The notes under the pieces are model-generated. The model was not told the origin of the DNA and ran no database searches. It worked only from the letters and a program-made list of their open reading frames with translations. This document shows positions 1 through 9,042 of a DNA stretch of 64,000 nucleotides, piece after piece (within the stretch, counting starts at the first letter, position 1; every line of letters begins with the position of its first letter). A program made the translations under genes and the position numbers. Source of the stretch: a virus; the IMG/VR virus record IMGVR_UViG_3300037486_000467, positions 1 through 64,000 of that record; one strand, given 5' to 3'.

Positions 1-2
1 AT

Positions 3-128
3 AAAGGCGATCATATAAAAATGACTGTATGTACTCAGTGTGCTTTAGAAGAACAACAAAGAGAATGGGAAATAGAGAGACTACAGAATACAACATATTA
101 TGACGAAGGCTATGATGAAAATCGTTAA
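3..128 (+). CDS. 3' end of an upstream gene (partial; ...KGDHIKMTVCTQCALEEQQREWEIERLQNTTYYDEGYDENR*)
   Basis: Open frame from the window edge to TAA 126-128; CxxC; its stop lies inside the leader DNA of the next gene. Confidence 0.6.
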   Translation, partial: KGDHIKMTVCTQCALEEQQREWEIERLQNTTYYDEGYDENR

Positions 129-1497
129 AGAATATATTAATGAAAAGTTTACTGAAGATTCTGATCCTATACACGATATGGGTATCGGAATCAATAAAAA
201 ATTTATAGCACATCAACTTGTTCTAACAAACCCAGCAAATTCATATTTTGAAAATGCAGAATCATGGCCAGATAATATTTTATTAAAATATAGTGGAAGA
301 TTAGGAAACCCAGAATATATTGAGGGCTTTATGTCAAATGCAAAAAATATTAGAAAAGAAGATATTAATAATTGTTTACATGAAAGTGTAATGGCTTATG
401 AATTTGAAAATGTTAAATTATTAGTTGAAAAATATAAAGCAAATCCCAATGCTCCAAAAGTTATGGAATGCGCGTTAGCATCATTGGGAATCTTTCCTCA
501 TAGACATATAAAAGATCCAAATTTAGAAATTGCAAAATTTTTAATGAAACACGGTGGAAAAATACATTTTCAAAATGAAATAATTTTACGTGAAGCATGC
601 GCATTCGCTGATACTCAAATCATTAAATTTATATTAGATGATGGAGCTGATCCGCATGTGTTAAATGATGCCTGTTATCGAAAAGCTGCATTGTGGATGA
701 GTGCATCGCCTATAGTTATTAAAAAACAACGTCAAGCTGTAATAAATCTTTTGAATCAATACACAGACAAAAAACTAATTAAAGAATATATTAATGAAAA
801 GTTTACTGCAGATTCAGATCCAATAAAAGATTTGGGAATTGGACTCTATGTAATACATAATTTTTCTACTTATGATGACGCGTTTAATTGGCTCCATGCT
901 CATATAGCTATAATACTTGGTTCAGATGAAATTCCAGGCGATATTGTTTATCCAGCCGGACATCACAATATTTATAGATGGAAATATTACGAGATATTAA
1001 AAAAGTTCAGCGACAAATATATACGCATTAATGATAATCCTAATGCACACCTTATATATGATGTAGCAGAAAGATTAAGAAAAGAAGGATATCCCACTGA
1101 AACAGTTCTTGAAACAGTTAAAGAATCTTTATACGAAAAATTTACAGCAGATTCAGATCCAATCAGAGATTTAAAAATAGGTATTATCAGTGAAATAACT
1201 AGTGAAGTTTTGTTTCACACCGTTGAATATGATGAAGAACAAGTAAACGAAATAGAAAAATATGATCCGCATTTTGCTATGCTTATAAAAGCAGCTCAAC
1301 AACTTGTAGAAGAAGGAATAATAGAACAAGGAAGATATTATGATTGGATGGAAGACGAAGAGTTAGATCTTTATATTCGTAAATATCGAAAAGGAAGATA
1401 CGTCTATAATGCAAATCCAGGTAGTGATGGAGTAGGAGTATTCTTTTCAGAAATAAAATTGCCCAAAGTAAATAAAATTGTCTATGAAAATAGTTAA
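115..1497 (+). CDS. Tagged modular protein, 3 modules (module 1 ankyrin repeats; module 2 IPxDI family)
   Basis: Start moved to ATG 115 (MKIVKEYINEKF); three tag copies; ankyrin-like ILREACAFADTQIIKFILDDGADPH. Confidence 0.85.
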   Translation: MKIVKEYINEKFTEDSDPIHDMGIGINKKFIAHQLVLTNPANSYFENAESWPDNILLKYSGRLGNPEYIEGFMSNAKNIRKEDINNCLHESVMAYEFENVKLLVEKYKANPNAPKVMECALASLGIFPHRHIKDPNLEIAKFLMKHGGKIHFQNEIILREACAFADTQIIKFILDDGADPHVLNDACYRKAALWMSASPIVIKKQRQAVINLLNQYTDKKLIKEYINEKFTADSDPIKDLGIGLYVIHNFSTYDDAFNWLHAHIAIILGSDEIPGDIVYPAGHHNIYRWKYYEILKKFSDKYIRINDNPNAHLIYDVAERLRKEGYPTETVLETVKESLYEKFTADSDPIRDLKIGIISEITSEVLFHTVEYDEEQVNEIEKYDPHFAMLIKAAQQLVEEGIIEQGRYYDWMEDEELDLYIRKYRKGRYVYNANPGSDGVGVFFSEIKLPKVNKIVYENS

Positions 1498-1939
1498 AGA
1501 ACATATATACGAAAAGTTTACAGCAGATTCAGATCCAATATATGATATGGGAATTGGTATGAAAAAAATATATTCTCCGTTAAAAATACAGCATATATTA
1601 AATGCAATGACGCCTTTATGGAAAAGAATCGTTAGAAACGCCTTTAACGAATCTTTAGAAAATATTTATTATTTGGGAAATAGTTCAAGAGATAGTAAAG
1701 AATATTTAAAAAGACTTGTTTCGTTAACAGCTGCAGGAAGAAGAATATTTCAAAAAACTTTTACAACAGAATATCCTGATACAGGCGTGCCAGAAACAAT
1801 AACAGTTAAAATATATGAAACAGAGTTAGGAAAAATAGGAACATTTCAATATCCTGAATATGAAGAGGAGGCAACGCAATACTTAGGTTCTCTTGATATA
1901 GCTGTAGAATTACGAGCAAAAGAAAATATAAAACGTTGA
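1484..1939 (+). CDS. Tagged single-module protein
   Basis: ATG 1484 MKIVKEHIYEKFTADSDPIYDMGIG. Confidence 0.85.
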   Translation: MKIVKEHIYEKFTADSDPIYDMGIGMKKIYSPLKIQHILNAMTPLWKRIVRNAFNESLENIYYLGNSSRDSKEYLKRLVSLTAAGRRIFQKTFTTEYPDTGVPETITVKIYETELGKIGTFQYPEYEEEATQYLGSLDIAVELRAKENIKR

Positions 1940-2298
1940 AATTGGTACGAGAACATATTAACGAAAAGTTTACTTCAGATTCAGATCCTATAAAAGATAT
2001 GGGTATAGGTGGTATATCAATTGAAGAAATGGCACAAAAAACTATACGAAATAAAAAACTTAAAGGAACAGCTGGATTATATAAATGGCGTGAATATTTA
2101 AATTCTTTAGTTGGAAAAAAGATTACTGGAAAATTTGTAAAGTTTTCTTCTTTAGAAACAAGAAAAACAAATATTGATGAATATACATTTATAATACGTG
2201 ACTATTATAGCTTTTACGGCGGAACTGAAGTAGGATTTAAAGATGATAAAGAAAATAATTATGTTGCTATTCAAACTGAAAGATATGTAATTAGATGA
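1936..2298 (+). CDS. Tagged single-module protein
   Basis: TTG start, tag intact, 4-nt overlap with upstream stop. Confidence 0.85.
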   Translation: MKLVREHINEKFTSDSDPIKDMGIGGISIEEMAQKTIRNKKLKGTAGLYKWREYLNSLVGKKITGKFVKFSSLETRKTNIDEYTFIIRDYYSFYGGTEVGFKDDKENNYVAIQTERYVIR

Positions 2299-3017
2299 AA
2301 TTAGTTAAAGAATATATTAACGAAAAGTTTACTGAAGATTCAGATCCAATTTCAGATATGGAAATAGGTTTATTTACTAAATGGAGTAAATTGAAACCAG
2401 GAGATATAATATACAATAAAGATACAATCGGCGTTATTCAACATATAACAATACATAATTCCGGCACCATAGAAATAAGATATGCGCCTTTTTATAATGT
2501 CAAAGTTAATAAAGATATAGCAGAACGCAGCAAAGAATATATAAATTCTCATTATTCGCAAAGTATATATACACGCAAAGCTACTACTTGGGAGAAAAAA
2601 TTTAAAATTCTTAAACCAGGGGAAAAACTTTATGAGTATATAAACGAGAAGTTTACTGAAGATTCAGATCCTATTAAAGATATGGGCATAGGCGTATTTA
2701 ATAAACGCGATTTTGCTTCTTTAAGAAAATCATGGAAATTTATGTATGATATTGCTCCATATTTAGTAGGAATTAAAGATCAAAAAGAACTTCTTGATGT
2801 ATCCGCCGCACATTATATTAATGAAAATCATTATGAAACATTAAGTGATTATTATTTAGAATACATTACAGTAAAAGGATCATCACATGGATTATGGGCA
2901 GATTCTTTTGCAGATTTTATTAAAGAAAAAAAGAGAATAGGCGATCATAGCAAATATGGAAATACAATGGATAGTGATAATTATAGATATAGAAAAGGAC
3001 TAAGGAAAAACCTTTAG
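2295..3017 (+). CDS. Tagged 2-module protein (module 1 WxxLKxGD family)
   Basis: Two tag copies; WSKLKPGDIIYN. Confidence 0.85.
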   Translation: MKLVKEYINEKFTEDSDPISDMEIGLFTKWSKLKPGDIIYNKDTIGVIQHITIHNSGTIEIRYAPFYNVKVNKDIAERSKEYINSHYSQSIYTRKATTWEKKFKILKPGEKLYEYINEKFTEDSDPIKDMGIGVFNKRDFASLRKSWKFMYDIAPYLVGIKDQKELLDVSAAHYINENHYETLSDYYLEYITVKGSSHGLWADSFADFIKEKKRIGDHSKYGNTMDSDNYRYRKGLRKNL

Positions 3018-3025
3018 AAATATAA

Positions 3026-3547
3026 ATGAAGATAGTACAAGAACATATTAACGAAAAGTTCACTGAGGAATCTGATCCAATAAAAGATCTTAATATTGGT
3101 GTTATTGATAAAATTAATGAATGGATAGAAAAAAATATGCAAGTTAATAGGCACACATTAGATTCTGATATGAAAAAAAAATGTGAAGAAAAACCTCTAT
3201 ATATAATTAATGATAATGGAACTATCAACGTATATGGCACTGCGTGGATAAATTTTGGTTATAGCCCAGGCACTTATAGTAATTTAAATTTAATATTTCC
3301 AAAATATATTAATTTTAATATAATATATGGAAATTTTGATATGGGCCATCGCGACGTAATATCATTAAGAGGATGTCCTCAAAAAGTATATGGTTATTTT
3401 CGTTGTTCTCATAATAATTTAACTTCATTAAAGTATTGTCCTAAATGGGTAGAAGGACAATTTTATTGTGAATATAACGCAGTACAGTTTATAAAAGAAG
3501 ATGTAAAAAAATATTGTAAGCATATTGGAAAAGAAATAACACTATAA
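3026..3547 (+). CDS. Tagged protein with LRR-like repeats
   Basis: Tag plus ISLRGCPQKVYGYFRCSHNNLTSLKYCPKWVEGQFYCEYN repeats; paralogous to 43707..44351. Confidence 0.8.
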   Translation: MKIVQEHINEKFTEESDPIKDLNIGVIDKINEWIEKNMQVNRHTLDSDMKKKCEEKPLYIINDNGTINVYGTAWINFGYSPGTYSNLNLIFPKYINFNIIYGNFDMGHRDVISLRGCPQKVYGYFRCSHNNLTSLKYCPKWVEGQFYCEYNAVQFIKEDVKKYCKHIGKEITL

Positions 3548-3549
3548 TA

Positions 3550-4839
3550 ATGAAATTAGTACGAGAACATATTAACGAAATATTTACTGAAGATTCAGAT
3601 CCCATTATTGACATGAGTATAGGTCTTAAAGCTGTAAAAAACGAAATGTGGAAAACTCCATTCGGTGAATTAAATGATAAATATTTCTCAAAGTATCGCG
3701 TAAAATATACACTCGATAATTGGACCATTATTAATTGCCGCTTAATATTATGTGATAGTTTATGCGATATATTTGGATATATGACAGATGAAGAATATCA
3801 TTTAACTCCACAAGAAGCATTTAATAAAACACTTAATGATCCTAAATTTAATAGGCTCGAATATAATCGAGGCATTATTGGAACTGCTATAGATGATTCA
3901 GATAAACTAAGAGATGCTAATGAAATTAGAAGTCAAATTATAGCTGAAGTTTTATATGACAATTGGAAAATTAAAATTGATCCAGAAATTAAAAATGAAG
4001 CACTCACTGAAAAGTTTACTGTAGATTCAGATCCAATAAAGGATCTGGGCATTGGCGTTTTTGCTAAGCGTAACTTTACTGTAAGAGAAGATTTTATTAA
4101 TTTTTTAATAGACGCAATGCCAACTATTTTAGGAATGTCAGGAATACCTGAAGATATTGTTATAGAAATCGGATATTTAAATAAAAAATATTTTCATATT
4201 ATACGTGAATATCTTTTTAAATATGATATAACATTCGATAGTAAAAGTATATGTGATAACGATAGTTCGCCCGTATATTTTTGGCCAAAATTTGTTCGTA
4301 ATGAATTAATCAATAGAAAGATAGTAAAAGCACGCAGAAAAATAAAGGAATCTTTAAATGAAAAGTTTACTGAAGATTCTGATCCAATACATGATTTAGG
4401 AATAGGCGGAATCAATCTTTCAAAAGAAATATATTTATTAATAGAGAAATTTAAATTAACTAATATACATCAAATGGCATATATGCCTGAAGTAATAAAA
4501 TATTGGAAAGATGTATTAGAAAGAGTATTTTTAGATAGACAAGTAACTGGAATTTTTGCAAGAGGAAATGAAAATAGTTGGGGAGCTTTTCATAAATTGA
4601 CTACACAAGAAATTAAGAAAGTTGTTTTGTTTGCTGAAGATACGTTAACTTCTGATAATATGGCAGTTTTAGATTTTGCTTTAATTGCAGATGATCCTGG
4701 TGCATGGGAAAAAAATCTAGAAGATTCTAAACATTATCTTGAAAATCCCGATGAAACTTGGTATTATTATTCATTCGGCGATATGTTCTACAGGAAAGAT
4801 TATACACCTAAACAAAAATATACTATCTATTTGAAATGA
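3550..4839 (+). CDS. Tagged 3-module protein
   Basis: Three tag copies; module 2 ILGMSGIPEDIV (IPxDI family). Confidence 0.85.
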   Translation: MKLVREHINEIFTEDSDPIIDMSIGLKAVKNEMWKTPFGELNDKYFSKYRVKYTLDNWTIINCRLILCDSLCDIFGYMTDEEYHLTPQEAFNKTLNDPKFNRLEYNRGIIGTAIDDSDKLRDANEIRSQIIAEVLYDNWKIKIDPEIKNEALTEKFTVDSDPIKDLGIGVFAKRNFTVREDFINFLIDAMPTILGMSGIPEDIVIEIGYLNKKYFHIIREYLFKYDITFDSKSICDNDSSPVYFWPKFVRNELINRKIVKARRKIKESLNEKFTEDSDPIHDLGIGGINLSKEIYLLIEKFKLTNIHQMAYMPEVIKYWKDVLERVFLDRQVTGIFARGNENSWGAFHKLTTQEIKKVVLFAEDTLTSDNMAVLDFALIADDPGAWEKNLEDSKHYLENPDETWYYYSFGDMFYRKDYTPKQKYTIYLK

Positions 4840-5558
4840 AATTGGTAAAAGAACATATATATGAGAAGTTTATTGAAGATTCAGATCCAATAAAAGATCT
4901 GGGTATTGGAATTGAAGAAAAATTAAAACCACATTCTTTAGATAAATTAAAAGGAACAACTCCGCATTCTACAAGAATATGTATAGATATTTCAGAGTTA
5001 TTTGACTTACCATTATCTAAAATTTATCTTTTAGGATATTTTATAAATTCTGTTACTATTGATTCAAGAACTTATAATTTATTAGTTGATAAAAAAACAA
5101 AATTAATTAAAGAACTTAAAAAGGAAATTTCGGGTAATGGCAATGATTTAACACTATATCAAACGCCCTATGGAATGATAATGACTGAAAAGAATTTTAG
5201 TATAAATGTATGGGGAGATATAAACGCAGCAGCATATGTTCTTTTTAATGATGTTAACGAAAAGTTTATTGCTGATTCTGATCCTATTTCTGATTTAGGA
5301 ATAGGTGTATTTACTAAAAAAACATTCAGTACTCCAGAAGAAGCCGCTAAGTGGGTATTTAGGATTTTACCCGTTATTCTGAAAACAAACGAAATTCCTA
5401 AAAATATTTTAAATCGAGTAGGCGAATATTTTGGTAGTAGTTATTGGAATGAAATAGAAGAATATTATATGAGTTATATAAATATAATACCACATGATAT
5501 GATGGATTTTAAAAGATTTCATACAGAATTAGTAAAATTATGCAAGAATAATAAATGA
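4836..5558 (+). CDS. Tagged 2-module protein
   Basis: Two tag copies; module 2 ILKTNEIPKNIL. Confidence 0.85.
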   Translation: MKLVKEHIYEKFIEDSDPIKDLGIGIEEKLKPHSLDKLKGTTPHSTRICIDISELFDLPLSKIYLLGYFINSVTIDSRTYNLLVDKKTKLIKELKKEISGNGNDLTLYQTPYGMIMTEKNFSINVWGDINAAAYVLFNDVNEKFIADSDPISDLGIGVFTKKTFSTPEEAAKWVFRILPVILKTNEIPKNILNRVGEYFGSSYWNEIEEYYMSYINIIPHDMMDFKRFHTELVKLCKNNK

Positions 5559-6067
5559 AGTTGGTTAAAGAACATATAGACGAGAAGTTTGCTGAAGATA
5601 GCGATCCTATACGCGATATGGGTATTGGCATAATTACTAAAGCAGAACTCTACAAACTTGTTGCAACTCTTAAACAAAAAATACAAGAAATATTTCCTCA
5701 TGAGACTATAGAACTTAGAATTCTTACAGGAGCAAATATATATTTTTATGAAATACAAATAGAGTTCGTAGAAACTGGATCTTATGTATGGGATATATAT
5801 TTCGTTGCAAAAAAAGATCTAAATATAGGCGGTATATTACAAGATATGGGGTGGCATATTACTGTAACAACTAAAGATACATTTATTAATACTTATGATT
5901 TAGATACTTTAATACCTGCAATATTTAAAAAAGCTATTAAAACTAAAAAATTCGCGCAACAACGTATTGAAGAACTAACTATAAGATTAGAGAGATTAAA
6001 AAGACAAGAGAATCAGGTAGAAAAAACTATAGAAACGACAAAAATAATGCAGTCATACTTAAAATGA
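5555..6067 (+). CDS. Tagged single-module protein with C-terminal coiled coil
   Basis: Tag; heptad-like C-terminus similar to 20988..21560. Confidence 0.85.
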   Translation: MKLVKEHIDEKFAEDSDPIRDMGIGIITKAELYKLVATLKQKIQEIFPHETIELRILTGANIYFYEIQIEFVETGSYVWDIYFVAKKDLNIGGILQDMGWHITVTTKDTFINTYDLDTLIPAIFKKAIKTKKFAQQRIEELTIRLERLKRQENQVEKTIETTKIMQSYLK

Positions 6068-6414
6068 AGTTAGTTAAAGAACATATAAACGAGAAGTTTA
6101 CATTAGATTCAGATCCAATAAAAGATCTGGGTATTGGTAAGATAAATTTCAGAGATGAATTTGATAAGCAATATTTTGAGCCTTCTATTAAGTTATTTAG
6201 AAAATGGGAAAAATATGTTGATCAATTTCGAGGAAAAACAATTTGCGGCATTTTTAATGTATATGATTTTAGAGGAGATTATTCTGGAAAAAAAGGATAT
6301 GCAGAAGTAGAATTTACAAGTATAACATTGGATAGAGAAGGCACCATGAATTTAGAAACACCCGATCATAGTACATATTGTATACTTGATAGTGAAAGCT
6401 ATATTATTAAATAA
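6064..6414 (+). CDS. Tagged single-module protein
   Basis: Tag; W..Y....GK.I.G.F pattern shared with 1936..2298. Confidence 0.85.
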   Translation: MKLVKEHINEKFTLDSDPIKDLGIGKINFRDEFDKQYFEPSIKLFRKWEKYVDQFRGKTICGIFNVYDFRGDYSGKKGYAEVEFTSITLDREGTMNLETPDHSTYCILDSESYIIK

Positions 6415-6419
6415 AGAGA

Positions 6420-6788
6420 ATGAAATTAGTTAAAGAACATATATATGAAAAGTTTACCCCAGATTCAGATCCTATTGAAGATATGGGTATAGGAGAGTCT
6501 TATTTATTGAGAAAAAAATTTTATGAATTACAGAGAGAAAGCTATGTAGGTTCAATAAAACTTAGTTATGATGAAGATAAAGATTATTATTATGTAGAAA
6601 TGTATTACGCGTATAATGATTTGATTGGAGTAACTGCAAAATTTTTTAAACATATAGATCGAAAATATATTAATGGTAATTTTTTTAAAAGTATAGGTTC
6701 TTTAAGAGTTATAGCAGGTTATATAGTTAAACCAGAATATGTAAATATATTTAAAAAAGCACTTGAATTTTATAATGAAACTAGTTAG
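6420..6788 (+). CDS. Tagged single-module protein
   Basis: MKLVKEHIYEKFTPDSDPIEDMGIG. Confidence 0.85.
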   Translation: MKLVKEHIYEKFTPDSDPIEDMGIGESYLLRKKFYELQRESYVGSIKLSYDEDKDYYYVEMYYAYNDLIGVTAKFFKHIDRKYINGNFFKSIGSLRVIAGYIVKPEYVNIFKKALEFYNETS

Positions 6789-7134
6789 AGAACATATAAA
6801 CGAGAAGTTTACATCAGATTCAGATCCAATTACAGATATGGGTATTGGAATTGACGCAATATCTTTTAAATTAAAGGGTATTTTACTTTGGGGCTATATT
6901 CATAAAACAAGGAGAGAATATCGTGAATGGTTAAATGATGATCAAATAATTGAAGTTTTAAATCACCCATATAGTAAAATGTTTAATTTTGGAGAAGGTG
7001 GAATTGCAATATCTGTAAAAGAAGTATTTTTTTTACAAGAAAATCATATGGTTTATGATTCCATTCGTGCAATGCTTTCTGATAATTTAATTTACATCAA
7101 GTATGATGGCAAATATTATAATATACAAAAATGA
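6775..7134 (+). CDS. Tagged single-module protein
   Basis: Start moved to ATG 6775 (MKLVREHINE). Confidence 0.85.
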   Translation: MKLVREHINEKFTSDSDPITDMGIGIDAISFKLKGILLWGYIHKTRREYREWLNDDQIIEVLNHPYSKMFNFGEGGIAISVKEVFFLQENHMVYDSIRAMLSDNLIYIKYDGKYYNIQK

Positions 7135-7484
7135 AACTAGTTAGAGAACATATATACGAGAAATTTACTGAGCAATCTGATCCTGTACACGATCTTGGAA
7201 TAGGAATTGATGAAACAGTTGAACAATTTAAGAAGGAATTAAATGATGAATGGCCTACATTAACAGAGCGACATGAACATTTTCATTATTTTAAATCAGA
7301 ACCCAAATTCATTAGAATAGATGCGTATCCGCTTTCGCTATTAGGAGTGCAACATTTAAATCAAGCGCTTAAAAAGATTTATCCTAAATACAGAGATGTT
7401 TTAAAAATTACTCGTTTTGCTGGTTATAAAAATAATATAAGAAGAGGTAACGTTAATCAAGACGTCATTATTAAGATAAGATGA
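7131..7484 (+). CDS. Tagged single-module protein
   Basis: MKLVREHIYEKFTEQSDPVHDLGIG. Confidence 0.85.
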   Translation: MKLVREHIYEKFTEQSDPVHDLGIGIDETVEQFKKELNDEWPTLTERHEHFHYFKSEPKFIRIDAYPLSLLGVQHLNQALKKIYPKYRDVLKITRFAGYKNNIRRGNVNQDVIIKIR

Positions 7485-7837
7485 GAGCAAGACTAATATA
7501 TGAAAAGTTTACTGCAGATTCAGATCCAATACACGATTTGGGTATCGGAGTATTTAGTGTTCATAAATTTGAAAGTACAAAGGATATAGCCAAGTTTTTA
7601 GTAATTATTTTGCCAGCTATTTTAAGGACAAATGAAATTCCAGAAGATATTATACTCCATAAAAGATATCTTATGAATCCTAAATATCACGATAAAATGG
7701 ATGCGTATTTGAATACATATATTAAACTATACGATAAACATCTTGGACCTAAAGATACAAGATGGGACGTATATAATGAGTTATTTAAAATTTTATTAAA
7801 AATGGGATACTTACATAATGGAGAAGAATCTAGATGA
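7481..7837 (+). CDS. Tagged single-module protein (IPxDI family)
   Basis: Variant leader MRARLIYE; ILRTNEIPEDII. Confidence 0.85.
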   Translation: MRARLIYEKFTADSDPIHDLGIGVFSVHKFESTKDIAKFLVIILPAILRTNEIPEDIILHKRYLMNPKYHDKMDAYLNTYIKLYDKHLGPKDTRWDVYNELFKILLKMGYLHNGEESR

Positions 7838-9042
7838 AATTAGTTAGAGAACATATAAACGAGAAGTTTGCTGAAGATTCAGATCCAATAAAAGATATGG
7901 GTATTGGAATTACTGGGCCTAAAAAATTTTATAATAAAAAGGAACTTGTCGATCATATTATACATGCTCTCCCTCTTATATGTAATTCGGAAACAATTCC
8001 AGAAGATATTTTATATAGTATCGAACGAAACGATATACTTCCAGTAAACCTTTTTTATGAAATAATTAATTTTTTAGAAGAACATAATCAAGTAATGATT
8101 AGTAAAGATAAAAATTATACGTCAGTTAATTATGAACATGCAAGTGCATTTGATTTTAATTTTTCAAGATGGACAGTTGATCTTAGAGATAGATTACTAG
8201 AAATGGGATATGAGCAAAAACATAAAATTATTAAAGAACATATTAACGAGAAGTTTACCGATGATTCAGATCCTATAAGAGATCTAAGAATTGGCGCGTT
8301 TAAAAGAAAGATGACTTTTACAGATAAAGATGAATATATTTCTACATTATTATCTTTATTACCTCTTATTCTTGGAACTAAAGAAATTCCTAAAGATATT
8401 ATAGCTTCTTCTAACAATTATATATTTTCACCTTACTATCATACAATATCAGCTTACGTAGGTAATTATTTTACTTTTGAAGACAGTAAAAACGTAAAAG
8501 CATTTCATGACATTGAATGGTGTTTTCTTTTAAGAACAGAATTAAGAAGAATGGGATTTGAACATTTTACGTATAACGAAGATTTAAAATTAAATGTAAA
8601 TGAAAAGTTTTCTGGAGATTCTGATCCTATAACAGATATGGGAATTGGTACTATAGGTGCAATTAGGAATTTTTGTAAGCCATATATTAATCATATGGGT
8701 AAATCAGGCAGACAACATAAATTTAATTTAGATGTTATTGACGATTTATTGCTTATGTGTATTAAGGCGAAAAATCATGAATATGCCAAATATCTTTTAG
8801 ATCATGGCGCAGATGTACATTATGATGGTCCAAGTTCTACTCCTGGACTTGAAATTCCATTACGTTACGCATTCTTTTATAATGATATTAAAATGATAGA
8901 TTTGCTTATGAAATATGGCGCAGATATAAAAAAATCTATATATGATAATGAATTAGATATTGGAAGTCATAATACTCAAGGATTTAGAAAAACTACTATA
9001 AAACATGTATTAAATATATTACATGGTAAAATTTATAAATGA
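7834..9042 (+). CDS. Tagged 3-module protein (2 IPxDI modules plus an ankyrin module)
   Basis: Three tags; YAKYLLDHGADVH...PLRYAFFYNDIKMIDLLMKYGADI. Confidence 0.85.
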   Translation: MKLVREHINEKFAEDSDPIKDMGIGITGPKKFYNKKELVDHIIHALPLICNSETIPEDILYSIERNDILPVNLFYEIINFLEEHNQVMISKDKNYTSVNYEHASAFDFNFSRWTVDLRDRLLEMGYEQKHKIIKEHINEKFTDDSDPIRDLRIGAFKRKMTFTDKDEYISTLLSLLPLILGTKEIPKDIIASSNNYIFSPYYHTISAYVGNYFTFEDSKNVKAFHDIEWCFLLRTELRRMGFEHFTYNEDLKLNVNEKFSGDSDPITDMGIGTIGAIRNFCKPYINHMGKSGRQHKFNLDVIDDLLLMCIKAKNHEYAKYLLDHGADVHYDGPSSTPGLEIPLRYAFFYNDIKMIDLLMKYGADIKKSIYDNELDIGSHNTQGFRKTTIKHVLNILHGKIYK

